Assembly: GCA_036172245.1 (NCBI GenBank)
Contig: JAYWIR010000039.1
Coordinates: 1,488,001 to 1,552,000 of the forward strand
DNA length: 64,000 bases
Direction: 5' to 3'
DNA from: Raillietiella orientalis
Taxonomy: Eukaryota
Shown: in pieces, positions 26,701 to 41,547 of the stretch
How positions within the stretch are numbered: the stretch's first letter is position 1
Layout: each line of letters starts with the position of its first letter
The notes under the pieces: model-generated
What the model was told of the DNA's origin: nothing
Database searches by the model: none
What the model saw: the letters and a program-made list of their open reading frames with translations, nothing else
Translations under genes and position numbers: made by a program

Positions 26701-27980
26701 GGAATATCAGACGAATATCAAAGAAAAAGCGATGAAGGAATATTGCAGGTCATATGGGAACAAAAATTAAAAGCCAGATGATTTTGTTTACCACAATTGA
26801 AGAATAAGACTGCTTAAATTTACACGAGTCTCAGATACAACATCTCTTCCCTTGTATTCTCAGTCAAATTTTTAAAGTGAATTTTCCAAAAATGCCTTTT
26901 CGAGCCCCTATTCTAAAATGCATCACTCTAGTTCCACGCAGGTTACGGTTACGGTGTTCGGTAATTCAACCTTACGTTGTAGTCTGCCGCCTTAGATGTC
27001 GAGATCCAAACTGCCCTAGGCAAGTGAAGGGAAACTTAAGCATATATACGATGCGAGGTTTTCAGTTTGCATACACTGATAGGTTCAATTGACCATCTTT
27101 TCGGGCATTTCAAGTCCAACTTCTTATACGCAGATAAGCGCACAGAAGAGTCATTACATCATGACAAGATGTTTTTCACTGTTTGCGGAATACGGACATT
27201 TAAGGCATAGTACTTACTCTCCTTCCTTTGATATTAAGCAAAGCAAGTCTATTACTAGGCAGTTCTATCACTACAAGAGCACAAATTTACTAATAAAGAA
27301 ACAATTTCTTGGTAAGACCGTTAGTAGTAAACTTAGTAAAATGTCTGGCATTGCACGTGTCACCTAAAATTATCACCTTGGCTGTAATGAGCTTTCAAAA
27401 ATGAATGGGTTATTTACGCACAAAAAACAATTATACATTTCATACGTTTTCTATCAATTTAGGTGTTCACTGTATTGCTTTTCTCTCCACTAAATTGCTC
27501 TTGAGTTCCAGCTGTATCCTCCCTTTTATTTTTTTGAAGGTTTTATGCAAATGTGTATTGCACCTTAGATTAAAATCTGAATAGTTTCAACACATAGATG
27601 CTGAGAAATACTTAAAAGATTCTAAAATGTAAATCCCAATGCTTAGAGCATGGTGGCTTGTAGCAAGAATTTACAAAATAACTGCGTGCTGGGCTAACAT
27701 TCAACATCAGTGTTGGTTTTTTAATGAAGGAATCAAATGAGTAAAACATAATCATTTCAAAATAATGTATTTTGATTACAAAAACTTGAAAATTTAATAT
27801 TCACCTTTACAGAAACTACCTTAAGGAATAAGATATTCAAAGGAAATAGATTATACATTCAATCATAAAATGTCATGTTTAAGATCTTAAACTAGGAACA
27901 GAAGACTCATTCAGTCATTACAGAACTGTGATCAAAATGTACAATTGGAAAAAAACAAAAAAACGAAGAAAGACACAGCA

Positions 27981-30900
27981 CTAGATTAGATCATGTCGCC
28001 TATTAAAATAAATATTCTGTTCTCCACAGAAATCACGTGTAAGTGGCAAGCAATCAAGGTATTCACATATCCTGCATTCATAAAATGGAATAACGTAAAA
28101 CAGAAGTAACAATATTAAGAAAATGCAGAAAACACTAAAAAAACAGATACAAATTAGGATTATTTTTCTTATTCTATTATATGGACCCAATGAGGAGAAT
28201 GGAAATAAGGCATATGCTAAAAGAAAACCAACCAAAAAACCGCCCATGTGGGCATAATTATCAACCCATGGCAAGAGACCAATGAAGAACAAAAAAAACG
28301 CTACCAAACAAAGTTTGAGCAAAGCATTAATAGGATGCTTTAAAAGGGGCCATACATTAATCACTTCAACAAAAAGGCATGCCAATAGGCCAAACTGAGA
28401 ACCTGATGGGCCAACCTAAAATCAGAAACATTTGCATCGGTGACTAAAAGGTCACTGTGTACTTACATCAGCTCGATAAGGAATAAAAATGGCACTAGTG
28501 AGATTTCCAGCAATTCCCGATAACAGATATATAATTCCAATACGTAAGCAGCCAGCTAATTTTTCTAAATCACGCATGAGAAAATACTGAATTACAACTG
28601 TAATTAGCAAATGAACAATCCTGATTCACACAAAAACAAAAGAAAACATTGTGCACAGTATTACTTCATAATACCCAGCATGTAAAAATAAAGATGTCCA
28701 GAGACGATAAACTTGATCTGGGATATCAGGATGATAGAACGGGATCATTCCACAAACATCATGCAAGCAAGATACCTAAACAAAAATGATGAACAAAATG
28801 CACTTCACTTGCTAATTTCTACTTACTTACCTGAGAACAGAGAGATGCTTCCTCGTGGAAATAGCCTCTAACAAATTCACAATATTCTCTAGTTGTAATG
28901 CGACACTCTCCATGGATTCCAATACAACAAGGGTGACCAATTACTTCACAAACCATATGCTTTGCTCCAGGTCCGGATTCAAACCTTTTTTTTCGGCACA
29001 CAGGCCACTGAGTAATATCATCAGGCCAAACATATGGTGCGACTGATGCAGGTTCTTGACAAAAACTAATAAATGCATGAGGTTTCGTGATCTTTAATTA
29101 AAAGGAGATTCTTACTCAGGATCCAACCCACATACAGATCCAGAGATACGACCTCCTGGACTACGACTTTCAATATGCCACTTATGCCATGTGGACAGTG
29201 TATCCTGATAGTATTTTTTGTTAGAAAATTAATATAACATTCACAAAAACTATACTATAATATGGTAACAGTGTATATAGAAAGCAGTTACATTAAAATT
29301 CATTTTATTTAAAGAAGCAGTTCAAGCAAAAATACCAAACATATCATGCAATGCTTGAGGCTCAGGCAAATGCACAAAAACAACTGATCAACTCTTGAAA
29401 AAATAAAAGATGAGAAAAAGTGAATCATTAACATACCCTATCCATGAGTCCACGGGCCTATAAAGAGCACAGAAAAGATGAACAATTGTAAACAAACATT
29501 GATAAATATGTTTGTTAAATACTGAGAAAATTGAAAATCGGGTGTCAAAAGTACTCGCAAATATCCGAGAACAATATAATACAATAGAACAATATAATAG
29601 ATTGAAAAATTACACTGTAATCATTACTAAATTGAATATAGTTATGGGTGTGTGACAGCCATATCTGGTGACATTTCATGCTATTAGATAATTACATGAA
29701 CTAATACAGAAATTACGGAATTATTCTATATTAACATTAAAGTGTTAAGATATCAAATAAACTTTAACAAATGAGTAGATGATGGCATTCAAATAATACA
29801 TAAAATGTATTCCCCTAATTGAGTGTAAACAAAGTTTTGCAAATGCAGTGGTATTAAACTGATACACATAAAAATGTTACTGTTAAACAACTATTCCCCA
29901 ATAATTGTTTAATCTTCAACAGCTTTTGAAACATGAAACAGATCTTAAACCTTGTTACACAAAGTACACAGATAGCACTTAAACTACAGTACAAACCGAG
30001 CATTCTGCTTCTGATGCTTGCACACAACCTGAATTATCATTTCTTATACAACAAGCTGTTCCCTTTTCTTTTCTGCGTGACCTTTCGATTTCTTCATATA
30101 ACTTAACATCTCTTCTCATACAGGGAGCAAATTTAGCTCCAAGATGTATAAGATCTGCCTATACACCAAAGTTGTCTCAATGCAAAATCAATTTACGATA
30201 ATACTTACTGCACGTGTACCAAGCCAAATAGACGACGGTTCCCAATAATCTACTTGCTGTAGACTTAAACTGGTTACAAGTACCTATTATTATTAGAAAC
30301 AAAGTATGCAATGCAGTTTTACATTATAACTCACAAGTCCTGACTGCTGCTTCACTTCTAATCCAATTGGGCCAAAACCATAACAAATTAATGCAATAAT
30401 CATAATGAGAATCTGTACAGTCGTTATCCAATAAGTAAAAAAAGGTCTGTGATCATTAATGTTATCAAACTCTTCAGGGCGTTTCTTTAAAAAGCATAAC
30501 TGATACCTAGACAAAATAAAGATTTAATGTGGAAATTACTTAAGCATTATTGATAATCGCAAAAAAAAAAATGAAGATATCATGTAATACCTGAACAGTT
30601 TAATGAATGGATTCTTTTCAATTTTTGTTCTATCTGAATTATCACAGGCTTTATCAAGTAGATGAGGAGATATTCTAGCCATGCAATTGCCCTCTTCTCT
30701 TGCTGTACTGATTTTCTTTATTTGCCTCTGCCATCTATTCAAAGAAAATTGTATAATTATAATACTAATAAACTAGTACTTAATATTCATGCACATTTGA
30801 TAATGGGAAACCTTAATCTTTCAGGCACATCCTGACTGATTTCTACTTCACCTAAGGATGACAATGGTAACCCCAATTCTTGACTATTTTTCCACTTTGT

Positions 30901-33900
30901 GGGTGGATCAAAAAAAGCTTCGTGAGACAATGAATCACCAGGATAAGAAACCAGTGGAAAAGGATAATCAACAATATCTGTATCATCATCCTGGTTTGCT
31001 TGCAACGAATAACTTCTTGACCAACGTACATTGCTACCAGGCTTTCTTAGTTTACGTTTGGATATTGCCTATTTACTTGAATATATGATATCAATATATA
31101 AAGCAGCTACCGTTAAGATGTATTTCATTCCATTCCAAGCCATGCTCATGACAGAATCTTTGGCTTCATGATGTGGTTGCAAAGGTGTGGCTAATACATC
31201 CACAACATCTGCAGCCGAAACTACAGAAGTTTTGTTAAGATTAACTTCAGCATTCCCCAGACTCTGCAATTGAATAAAAACATTTACATTCATGTGCAGC
31301 TTGAAGTGACGAAACCAAAAAAAATTAGAACAAAAAAAAAAAAAAGAACAGGAAGAAAAAAACATTAAGTAGAAAATCAGGAAAACAGACACCCTAACAA
31401 TTAAGCATCTTCATCTGGTTTTAATTATCTTAATGATAATCATTTTTATATGAATAACTGAAATTTTAATATAGCTGAAATTAAGCCTTTTGGCATTGGT
31501 GACAAATAATCTCACTACTTATAGCAATTACAGTATCCAATTGTAAGAAACAAATTTGCCTACTGCATCTAGTAACTAGCATTCCTCTATCTGGATCGGA
31601 AATTATACATACTTTAACAATGGTAGAATGCTAACAATAAACACAAAAAAATACACAAAAGCAAATACATTAATACAATATTAATAGACCTCTTCTAATA
31701 TGCCTTCTTTTTTGAGCATTCCATATTTTTTCGTGGCCATTCGTTTCCTTCTCTCTATCCATTTTTTTTTAATTTCCTCTTCTGACTGATTACAAATTCC
31801 AAAAAACACTGCAGTTTGGGATTTCATGAATCTACAATAAATTAGCAGTACTTTTTTAATGGTTATAAAAAATTTAGCTTTTTTATGGTTTACTCAGACA
31901 TTTTTCTTTCAAATTACGTTGTATTCTATGCATTGAAATAAATGGAAATGAAATTTGTTATTACTATTTTTAATGATTATTGTTATCTTATCTGTATCAA
32001 ATCAGAACGCAGATGCTTATCAGTGAATCAAAAAAGCAAACCCATCATCTTCAACATTACGAATCAGCTTTATGTTATTTGATTTAACATTCACATTATT
32101 CATATACACACATATTGTGTGTCCTCATACTTACTTTCTAAAGTGAGATAATTTGGAAAATGTTCCAGATATCAACATTTGAAAATCACATGAAGTAGGA
32201 TTTTGAGAATCTCCATTTGGCAAATTGAACGACCTGCAATTTGAAATCAGAATTCACAAATTTATATGCATTAGAAAAATTGGTACAGATATCAAAAACA
32301 ATGTTTGAATAATCTGAAAAAACACAACCCTGTACAAGTGTACAATCTTAAATACAAAACTAAAATGACTGATTTAATAATTTTATCAATTATTTTATTA
32401 AGTTTACTAATTATTCATCAGCATATCATTATTTTTCCATAGATTATGAAATATACTGACGTACTCAAACCCTTTGAATGATACTCCTTATGATTAAATA
32501 AAATTAGTCGAAAAATATAGACAAATTGTGAAGCTAGCCAAAAAATAATAAACTCAATGTGGTGTTTTTTTTTGCCTAGAATATGCTTTCAAGCAAATTA
32601 AATTAACGTAATTACAACTTTATGACTGTTACATAAAACATTCCAATGATCAAAGACTATCTTCTTTCTATACTTAACAATCACAATTACTGAAATAATG
32701 TTCTAATATTCTTTTCTGAGTATGAAGCAATGTTTAGATGCATTCAAAACTAACAAACATAACATTTTACACATCACAAGTATCAACTAATAAAACTCAC
32801 ATCCTTTAATGAATGAATTCAAGTTATGATACCACATAATAATGAAATACCTTCTTTCTTGACTAATTTATCAAATGCGTATCATCCCTGTTTTCTTTAA
32901 CATTTTCAATTGTTTTGCATAATGAAAAAAAAAAAAAATACAATTCTGAGTAGAAACAGTTCTTGATACAATAACTCATATTGCAATTACTATGAATGAA
33001 ATATGGGCTATAATAGATTGCAGTAGTTTAAGCACATAAGCTAACTGATTTCATACTTTGATAATAAACATAAGCAAACTAAATATTAAACCATTTGATG
33101 AACACTAGGACTGGAATGCATAAAAAAAAAAAGCGAAGAATGAATGCAATGATAATGAAGATATTTGTTTATCAACTTATTGTGAAACAGTTTCAAGACA
33201 CCAATGGTCAACATATGAGAATATTTCAAACCTAAGCAAGGGCAAAAACAAAAATCAATAAACTGCAAAAAATTCGTTTGAACAGTAGTTTTAAGGAAAA
33301 CGGCTGATAAATAAACTGGAAGTAGAATTTACAATGGCTAAAAAGGAGTAATACGAAAAATCACATAGAAATCTACTTCACTTGGTATTTTAATGAATCT
33401 TGAAACATGTGGCACAAAACTATGCTGCATTAATTGAATCAAATTCCTGTGTAAACATTTAGGATTGAATTGTATATCCACTCTAACAAAAATAATGTAA
33501 AAAAATAAAGGACTTGCCAGCTAAGTGCACACACATGTACCACATTCACAAATTCAAAAAAACTGTTCCATTACATTTGCAATAATTTATTCTTGATTTT
33601 ATGAATACCTTGAAGGTTGTTTCAAGGTATCTGAAAAATTTTCCGTTTCTCTTGCAACTTCCTACTACAGAATTCACTTTCTTTTAATTATGATCTTCAT
33701 GTCTTGTTCAAAAATAGATCTGCCTAACAGCTCAAAAATAAATATCCCTTTTGAAAACTTTAAAGTCCATTTTATCAACTATACGAATATATAATTGATA
33801 AAAATTGTTATAACAAAGATTAAAACATATGCAACATTCACATCATGAAATTCCACCCCATGAATTTTTTCATATCTTAATATCCTATATAGTTATTTAC

Positions 33901-34873
33901 ATAAACAATTCATAAGACGATGATGAATTCGTTTTAGAGAATAGCTTCGATGAATGGATAAAAAAACCTGCATCATCTCTAACAATCGGTCATTAGATTC
34001 ATTCAATTTCATAGCACTGGGAACTTGACAAATACTGCTATCAATCAATCAATCAAAATGATCTTTTAAAACATAAAAAACTTGTGGTAATTGTTTCAAA
34101 TAGTCCCACTTTTTCAAATTACATGGAATTTAAAGATGTCACTATTTAATTGTTAGAATACTTACTAACCTTTCTTTTTCTAAATGTTGGAATATATGAA
34201 AGTTTTTTGATGCTTGAAAATCTGTATATTGTTGAGATGTAAAAGAAAAATTATCACTTTTAGGATCACAAACAGAAAAACCAGAATTACTGTACTGAGA
34301 ACTAAATTGTACAGTTGGTTCACAGGAAAACCTTTTACTGCAGAAATCATTTTCAGGCTTCAAATAACTTGAATTCCCCAACCTAGATGAGTGAATTGGG
34401 TGATAATTTTTATCATTATTTTGTCTATTAGATTCCATTAGTCTATCACTGTCATATATCACATCTGGAGTATTATGAGGTTTCACATAAAGTAAAGATC
34501 CACGTTTATGGGTGTTTGAATAATATGCAGGCTGAATATAATTTGTTTGAGAAATAGATGTTCTTGGCATAGTAGCTGATGTACATGTATGATATGGAGT
34601 AGGCATTATTAATTGTCTCTGGGATGGCTCACAAGCATAAACAGCCAAGCTATGGTTCTGAACCACTCCCAGTGATGGTTCCAGCATGTAATTAGATTCC
34701 AAACTCTTTTCAAAAGGTAACATTCTGCAGGATTCTGACATATGCACTTCTTTTTTTTTTTTTTTTTCCATGAAACCAGTACTTTGGGGAGCATCATATG
34801 GAAATCGCAAACTATGATGCACATAAGGACAATATCTTTCCATGCACCGGAGATCATCATCAGAAGCCTTCAT
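27981..34873 (-). CDS. RHBDF1: Inactive rhomboid (iRhom / RHBDF / rho-5 family). Approximate exons: 34170-34873, 32135-32233, 31690-31831, 31111-31263, 30812-31068, 30591-30734, 30334-30506, 30210-30283, 29998-30158, 29116-29205, 28831-29066, 28675-28775, 28466-28621, 27981-28415
   Basis: Motifs seen: [11 protein letters not shown]; Cys-rich iRhom homology domain ([41 protein letters not shown]); [46 protein letters not shown]-terminal [17 protein letters not shown]. The start codon and 5'-most exon are less certain. Confidence 0.93.
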
Positions 34874-37800
34874 TCTATTTAACCATTGTGACAAACATAT
34901 TTGCTTCACCCCTGGAATGCACATTATTCAGTAAAATAAAATATGCTTAATAATATACCAACATGAAATCAAAGAAATAAATGTAATTTTAGAAGACTTA
35001 TTAAACAAAAACATGGCTTTGTTTACAATTCTCACTTTTTCATAGATACATACATGATGAAATTTTTTCTTACTGATGCATTATCAAACTTTGCTATATC
35101 CAAATCAATAGAAGCCTACTGACTAAACTTATTTAAACTTTTTGGCCATTTTATTGGTCTCACAAGCATATGTTACTTCCATGAAACTCGCATTGCTCCA
35201 ATGTGTTTATGATAAAGAATATATATTTTCATTCTCCTGTTAAAAGATTTAACATAATTCGAACTGGCAATTAGTTTTATGAACTGTAATTACATCATTA
35301 AGTGAATATGCGGTTGTAATGTAAACTTGCATGGTGGGATTAATAAGAACTGCATAAACATTTAGTTTACAATAGTTACACTGAGCTGCATCATGGAACA
35401 AATGAAAAAATTTTACCCTTTTCCCTGATTAAAAAAAAGATTAGCCTACTTTTTAAACCATCAATAATTTGTTATTTCATCAAATCAATAATCATGCTCA
35501 TAAGCCAGCCCCTCTTATAAATTCAATTTGATTTGGCTGCTTTTATTTTTCTGTGCTTCATTACATTTGATACAAGAAATTCTCAAATATTTGAAACTCC
35601 AAACATCAGATAATAACAATTCTAGTATTGCCCACATATAAAAACAATTCCTCTGATGTCAATCATGCATTGAGATGGAAAACCATTTTGCCTGCAAATG
35701 TGATGGAACTTTTGACTAAATTCCTTCATCAAACATTTTATTGCTAAAAATTATCAAATATATCATTGAAGGACACTGAAATTTAGAGTAAGAATGATGC
35801 ATTTTTAACTCCATCAAAAAAATAACTTGATGGATGCTATTAATCAGCAATCTAATAAATAAGTCGTGAAAACACTGATACCTATCTTTTCACATCAATT
35901 ACTGAAACATTAGTTTTTTTTAAACTCATTTTTATAACATAACAATTGATATCTAACACCAATCATGGATGAGGACATTAAAAGTGCTGATGTGAATCTC
36001 AAATTAGCCTTGAGAATAATTGCATCTTATGCTTAATGCAGCACTTATAATCTTGAAACATAAAGATTGCTAGATAAAAATGGTACCTCATGACATAATG
36101 AAAAAACGAAAGACAGGAAGATTACTCTTTTTATAACCTTTAAATTGTACTCCTTAATGATTACACTTTTACTATTACACCGTAAAGGTGTCTTTTAAGT
36201 GGTTCAAAAGTGTCTTTCAAGCAAGCTTAAAAGGAGACCACCTCAAAGAAAGAATTATATCCATCTGTTATAAAATTTGAAATGCAATAAGTGATAAAAC
36301 AATTTATAAAAAGGTAAATTTATAAAAAGACAAACCTCTGAAGAAGTAATGATGTAAGCTGTGTGCTCACATTATGATACAATGTGCTCACAAATGATGT
36401 TTGCAATACAATTTTAAACAAAATCCTACAAACAACCAATATTATAAGAAATACGACACACCAATTGTATGATAATCGATGATGTAGATTAAGTGTTTAT
36501 AATGTTCAATGTATTCAGTTAACATCCTGGAAGCCAATAAAAATGCAAATAAAAACATGTTCAAAATAAGATTCCTTTCCTCCATCAAATCGTAGTTCAA
36601 AATCTTTACCGCACAAGATCCATGCAGGCACAAACAATACAACAGTATTCGTGGATAAAGCAGCTTTAATGCAACTTTGTTATTGCATGTCCAATCTCAA
36701 ACAAGTAAATCATGAGACCTCCATCATGATTTAGCAAATGCTGACAATTTTTGTACACTATTGATTACATGCAATACCTTAAGATACAAACTGAAAACTT
36801 ACTCGCATCTGCGAACACAATGAAACCAAATTTTATTCCATTGCAAACAACACAATGAATTAACAGGAATTAAGGCAAAAAACTGGAAGATATGTATGTA
36901 ATGTTTCAGAATAAATAAAACTGCAAAAATCATCGCTCATCACACTGAAACAGATTTTGCTCAAAAATAACGAACTGCTTCGTATCACAACATATGCTTT
37001 CCAAATTAAGCTTTTACTTCTTTATATTCAATTCTAAAAAACCACGAATTAAACACTTGGTGACAAAGGAAAATTAACTTTATTCAATCTATAAAGAATA
37101 TTGTTTATAACTGACTGAATGGACATCAAATATGTAAAGGTCAATATAATTTATAGGCATATCTTAATTTGCACAGGATATGCTTTCTTTGCAAAATGCA
37201 TCAAATTATCAAACTGTTTAATTAAACTTAACGCTTACTGCCTTCTTTAACAGGTGCACACAAAAACTGTTTAGTTAACTGAAATATCTAATCGTCGGTC
37301 GATGCTAAAGGAAATTGTTTTTCACGATGGATCCATTGCACTTGTTTTGTCAAGCTGCAAAAGTTTTTTTTCAACATAATGATTCAAAAGAAACATGCAT
37401 GGCATAATTGTGTGGTAAACGTGTGGTTTGATAGATCAGCACAATCTTTAGAGCACGTAGAACAAAAAAAAACACAATATAATGAAAACCAAATTCTGTA
37501 GGAATAAAAAACAAACGTACCAGTATAACCACTTCATGCTGTTAAGTAAATTGGAGAATACTCAAAATTAACGATTATCTGCAAACCAATAATGAATGCA
37601 ATGTAAACAAAGCTTGTGCCTGTTCTCAGCAATTGCACACAAATAAACATAAAGTGTAGCATTCATGCCGAATTCGCAGAAAGTTTCCACTTCATGCATA
37701 GCAGGGAATACATCAGATTCTTCATAACAGCAGAGATACCACTATGAAATTTTTGATTACATTACTTACACGAGGAAAGACTGATGTTTCTTTATTTTGT

Positions 37801-40800
37801 TTTTGTTTTTGTTTGTGTTTTTTTCTTCCACAAAACCAATAATTTTGGAATCTAATTCACTTCTATATGGGCGAGTCCTTTTAAATTAAAAAGCGTGATC
37901 TGTAAGACGAAAATCAAAGTCCTCAAAATTTGACCGAGTTCAGTGAATAGGCTGTCGAATCCTTATAAACTAATGTGATTATTTCTCTTTGTATCTTGCA
38001 ATGAATCTCCAAAATATTTAAGAACATGAAGTAATGCATAATTCTCATTAAGCTATTTTATTCTATTTTACCTTTTAGTTTACGTTGGACTAATTTATAT
38101 AGAATATCTGCTAAACATCAGATAATGAATCAAGTAATTTACGTTTTAAAAAACTAGTAGTTTTTTCTAATAATTTCATAGTTATTATACAGTATTTATG
38201 AGTTTCCTTCTTCTTTAAAGTGGATCAAACCAACATGTGAACTAATTTTTTTTTAATTTTAATAGCAAACACATACAAATGATATTCCCAAGAGTGAATA
38301 CAAAAAACTATTCATACAATAGCAGAACCAAGTATCCATAATTCATTACCGGAAGCAAATCAGTAGGCATTGATTGAAACAATGAATCTAAAGCATTCTA
38401 CTTTACTAAGATACTGATGAAGATAATGAAGAATGGATGGAATGGAGATTACTTCTAACAAAAAATACCAACGAAAGGAATGAAGTACTTAACTTTTTTC
38501 AAATCCTGTTAAAAAATATAAGCAATGAAATTCAGAACGAACTTTAAATAACATTAATGTGTCACTCCAACAATTTTTGGGGGGAAACTCCGAGAATAAA
38601 AATTACTTGATTTTGTACTGCTCGTAAAATCTGAATCGTGAGGAAATTCTAGGCAACTGTGTGTTGACGATTTTCTTTTGAAATTTAAGAATATAAATGG
38701 ATATGCATTAATTTATTCCAGGGATTTATGTTAGACATATTCGCATTATGGGAGCAAAAAGTAAGAGACGAATTGCTGAGAAAAGATCAAGCAATTCAGT
38801 CATCTAGGGTGCTAGAATCTGTTCTCAATTAAATGATCTTGAATACATATTTTTCGCCACTGGAATGAATATATAGTTTTCAGGTGATTTCATAATTCAT
38901 AAGAATCAGTAATATGATGAGGTAGACGATGAATCACATCGCTATGTGTGAAATCAGAATAAGAGAGTTTGGTTATCATACTCTGCTAAAAGTATTGCAA
39001 AACTTAACAGATGGTCGAAATTATCACAACCAAGGATTGTTACGGAAAAGCGAGCATCATGAGTTGTAGCTTTTCATGTTTCAAAACTGTAGCAAAACTG
39101 TTAGCAAAATCATATGGCTGACAAAATACAGTTTTTCGAGGTGGAAGCTGCTAATTGCATTGCTTTTCATGAAACAGAGATTTGCTTAAGGTCTCTTTGT
39201 TTTGGCTGAGGTTCATGAGTGTGTCGTTGGATATCGTAGATTAGTAAATCCTGTGGCAGAACCAATTTCTGTGGAATATGTCCTTAGTCCTTGGTTTACA
39301 TCTTTAGTACATTTCTGTGGCAAACGTTGGATAGGTAAAGAATCTCAAGTGTATTTAATGCTTGTTTTGAAACAGTACCATTTTCAAGAAAGTCATTTTC
39401 CGGAAAAGCTAGTTTGGCTAGTTTCTAATATTGTTGCACAGGAAATTGAATACTGTTTACAAATTTCACAAAGGAGTCGATGTACCTCCAAACCAAAAAG
39501 CATTGTAGCCCCAAAGGTCATATAACAAGGTATGTCTACAAACATTCTAATTTATTCCATTTACCTAAATGGAGTAAATTCAGGTCAGTAAATGTAATAT
39601 GGGATTCGATTATTTCGATGTAGGCATCGTCCTGAAGCATTCAAAATCAGTGGAGATTGAATTGTTCTCAAATTATAGCTTCATCCTAATCTTATATTGT
39701 TCAGAGAAGAGAATTAAGAGCATCATTTGAAAAAAGATCTCAGAGACTAGGTGCAAACCTTGAAGTCCCTGTTAACAAGTTTTACTTTAATCAACATTCG
39801 AGAAAATAATTCCTTCTTTTGGATCATTCCCCCCCCCCTTTTTTTAGAATAATGAACAATGAACTAAAACAGTTTTGGTGTTAGGGCAACTTTGGTGGAT
39901 TTCTTTCATTATTTTCGGAGGTTTTTTGTTGCATTCTAAAGCCACAATCTAGCTTTCCTATGCAGCAAGTCAGTCGACATGCAGGATGAATAAAGCAACA
40001 GAGTAACTGACATCTTGAGGCAATTTTATCAACCCATTTTTAGATGTATTTAGAAAATGTTTAAAATTTTGTAGCTGCAAACAAAATTTCCAAAAAATCC
40101 AAAGACTATTAATTATCGAAGCAAAGTTTTATGGTATTGCAAATTTGGGAAGCGAAAATTTCCGAAACAAATGAGTGAACATCACGCATTTCTTTTTAGA
40201 TAAGCATCAAAGTAGAAAATGCTTTTACACATACTTGTATATGTTAAATGTTGTTTTTGATTTTTTTTGCATTGATCTCTTAATGATATACAAAGTAAGA
40301 AATGAATTAAAGTACGTGCATGGAACTTGACTGAATACATTTACAGCTTGCTGACAGACTCTCTCTATGCACGTTGGGAAAGATGTACAGATTTTTCTCA
40401 CATAACCAAAAATCTGTCGGTAAACCGTCTTTGTTAGATCAATTATTAATACCTTAAGCTGAAGAAGAATGCGCACCTTCGATTTTTGAGAAAATGATAC
40501 GAACCTATGAGATTATATATTTTAAAATTGTGGACTCGAGGATAATTTTCATGCTTTGTACATACACCGTAGTGTTGTAAGGTCGTTTCACATTGGTCGC
40601 TTTGTCATTTTGAAATCAGTTACATTTGTATGTATGCTAATTTGCACACACACTTCGTTCATTTGCATATGCATATGCACGTATATAGATGTAGGCACGT
40701 ATAAATTCACTTGGATGCACACAAATGTCATGTTCGCATAATATGGCTGTCAAAAATGTATTTTTTTTTTTTTTTGCATGCTGTCTTTATTGGGTGTGTG

Positions 40801-41547
40801 TTATTCCGACTTATGGAAGCATTAATAAAATCTAATACAAGAGTTTTGATTGAGTAAAAGGTCTTTGTTAAAAAAAAGTAAAGAATTTGTTTATTCATCA
40901 TACGCTCAAATACGTAAACATTTATCTATTGTGTGGAAACAATTAGTGAATAAAGTTGTTGGAGATGAAACAAAACTTCGTTTAACCCTTTGTTCACTGA
41001 TATCGAATTTTTATGGATGTTTTGAAAGAATATTTCTCGAGGCTTGTTTTTATGTAGTAAGATTTCTCATTCTGGTGCCTTTCAGCTGGTAACTTGGTAA
41101 TTTAGTTCTTTGACTATTGCTAGAAATGCAAAATGTAAAACTTTTTGTATGTGCCAAAAAGCACACCGGCATTTTGGTATTTGGCACAGTAATCCCCATA
41201 AAAATAGTTTTAATCTTTGAATCTCATTTATTTTATTTAAAACGTGCATTCCCATGTGGCCGTTAAAAATAGATAAACAATAATATTACACGTATACATT
41301 AATGTTTTTCATGTCCATCAAAAGTTTGCTTAGTATCGTTGCTATTCGCTTGTAGATATTTGTAATCAATAAGCAAAAATGTGAAATTATAACTAAAATT
41401 AAGTAGTTTAATTTGCAATGGCACGTTTTTGTTAATGTGTTTTTTTTAATATATGAGCTAACTTTTCAAGTGCAATCAGATGTGTATATAGTTTTCAATA
41501 TGAAATAAAAGTCATCAGAAATGTTTCCATAACAAGTATCCATCAAA

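Noticed and set aside
33605..33631. Palindrome ATACCTTGAA-N6-TTCAAGGTAT that also looks like a 22-nt minus-strand micro-exon in an iRhom intron
   Set aside because: 22 nt would shift the frame between the phase-compatible flanking exons, and there is no other support.
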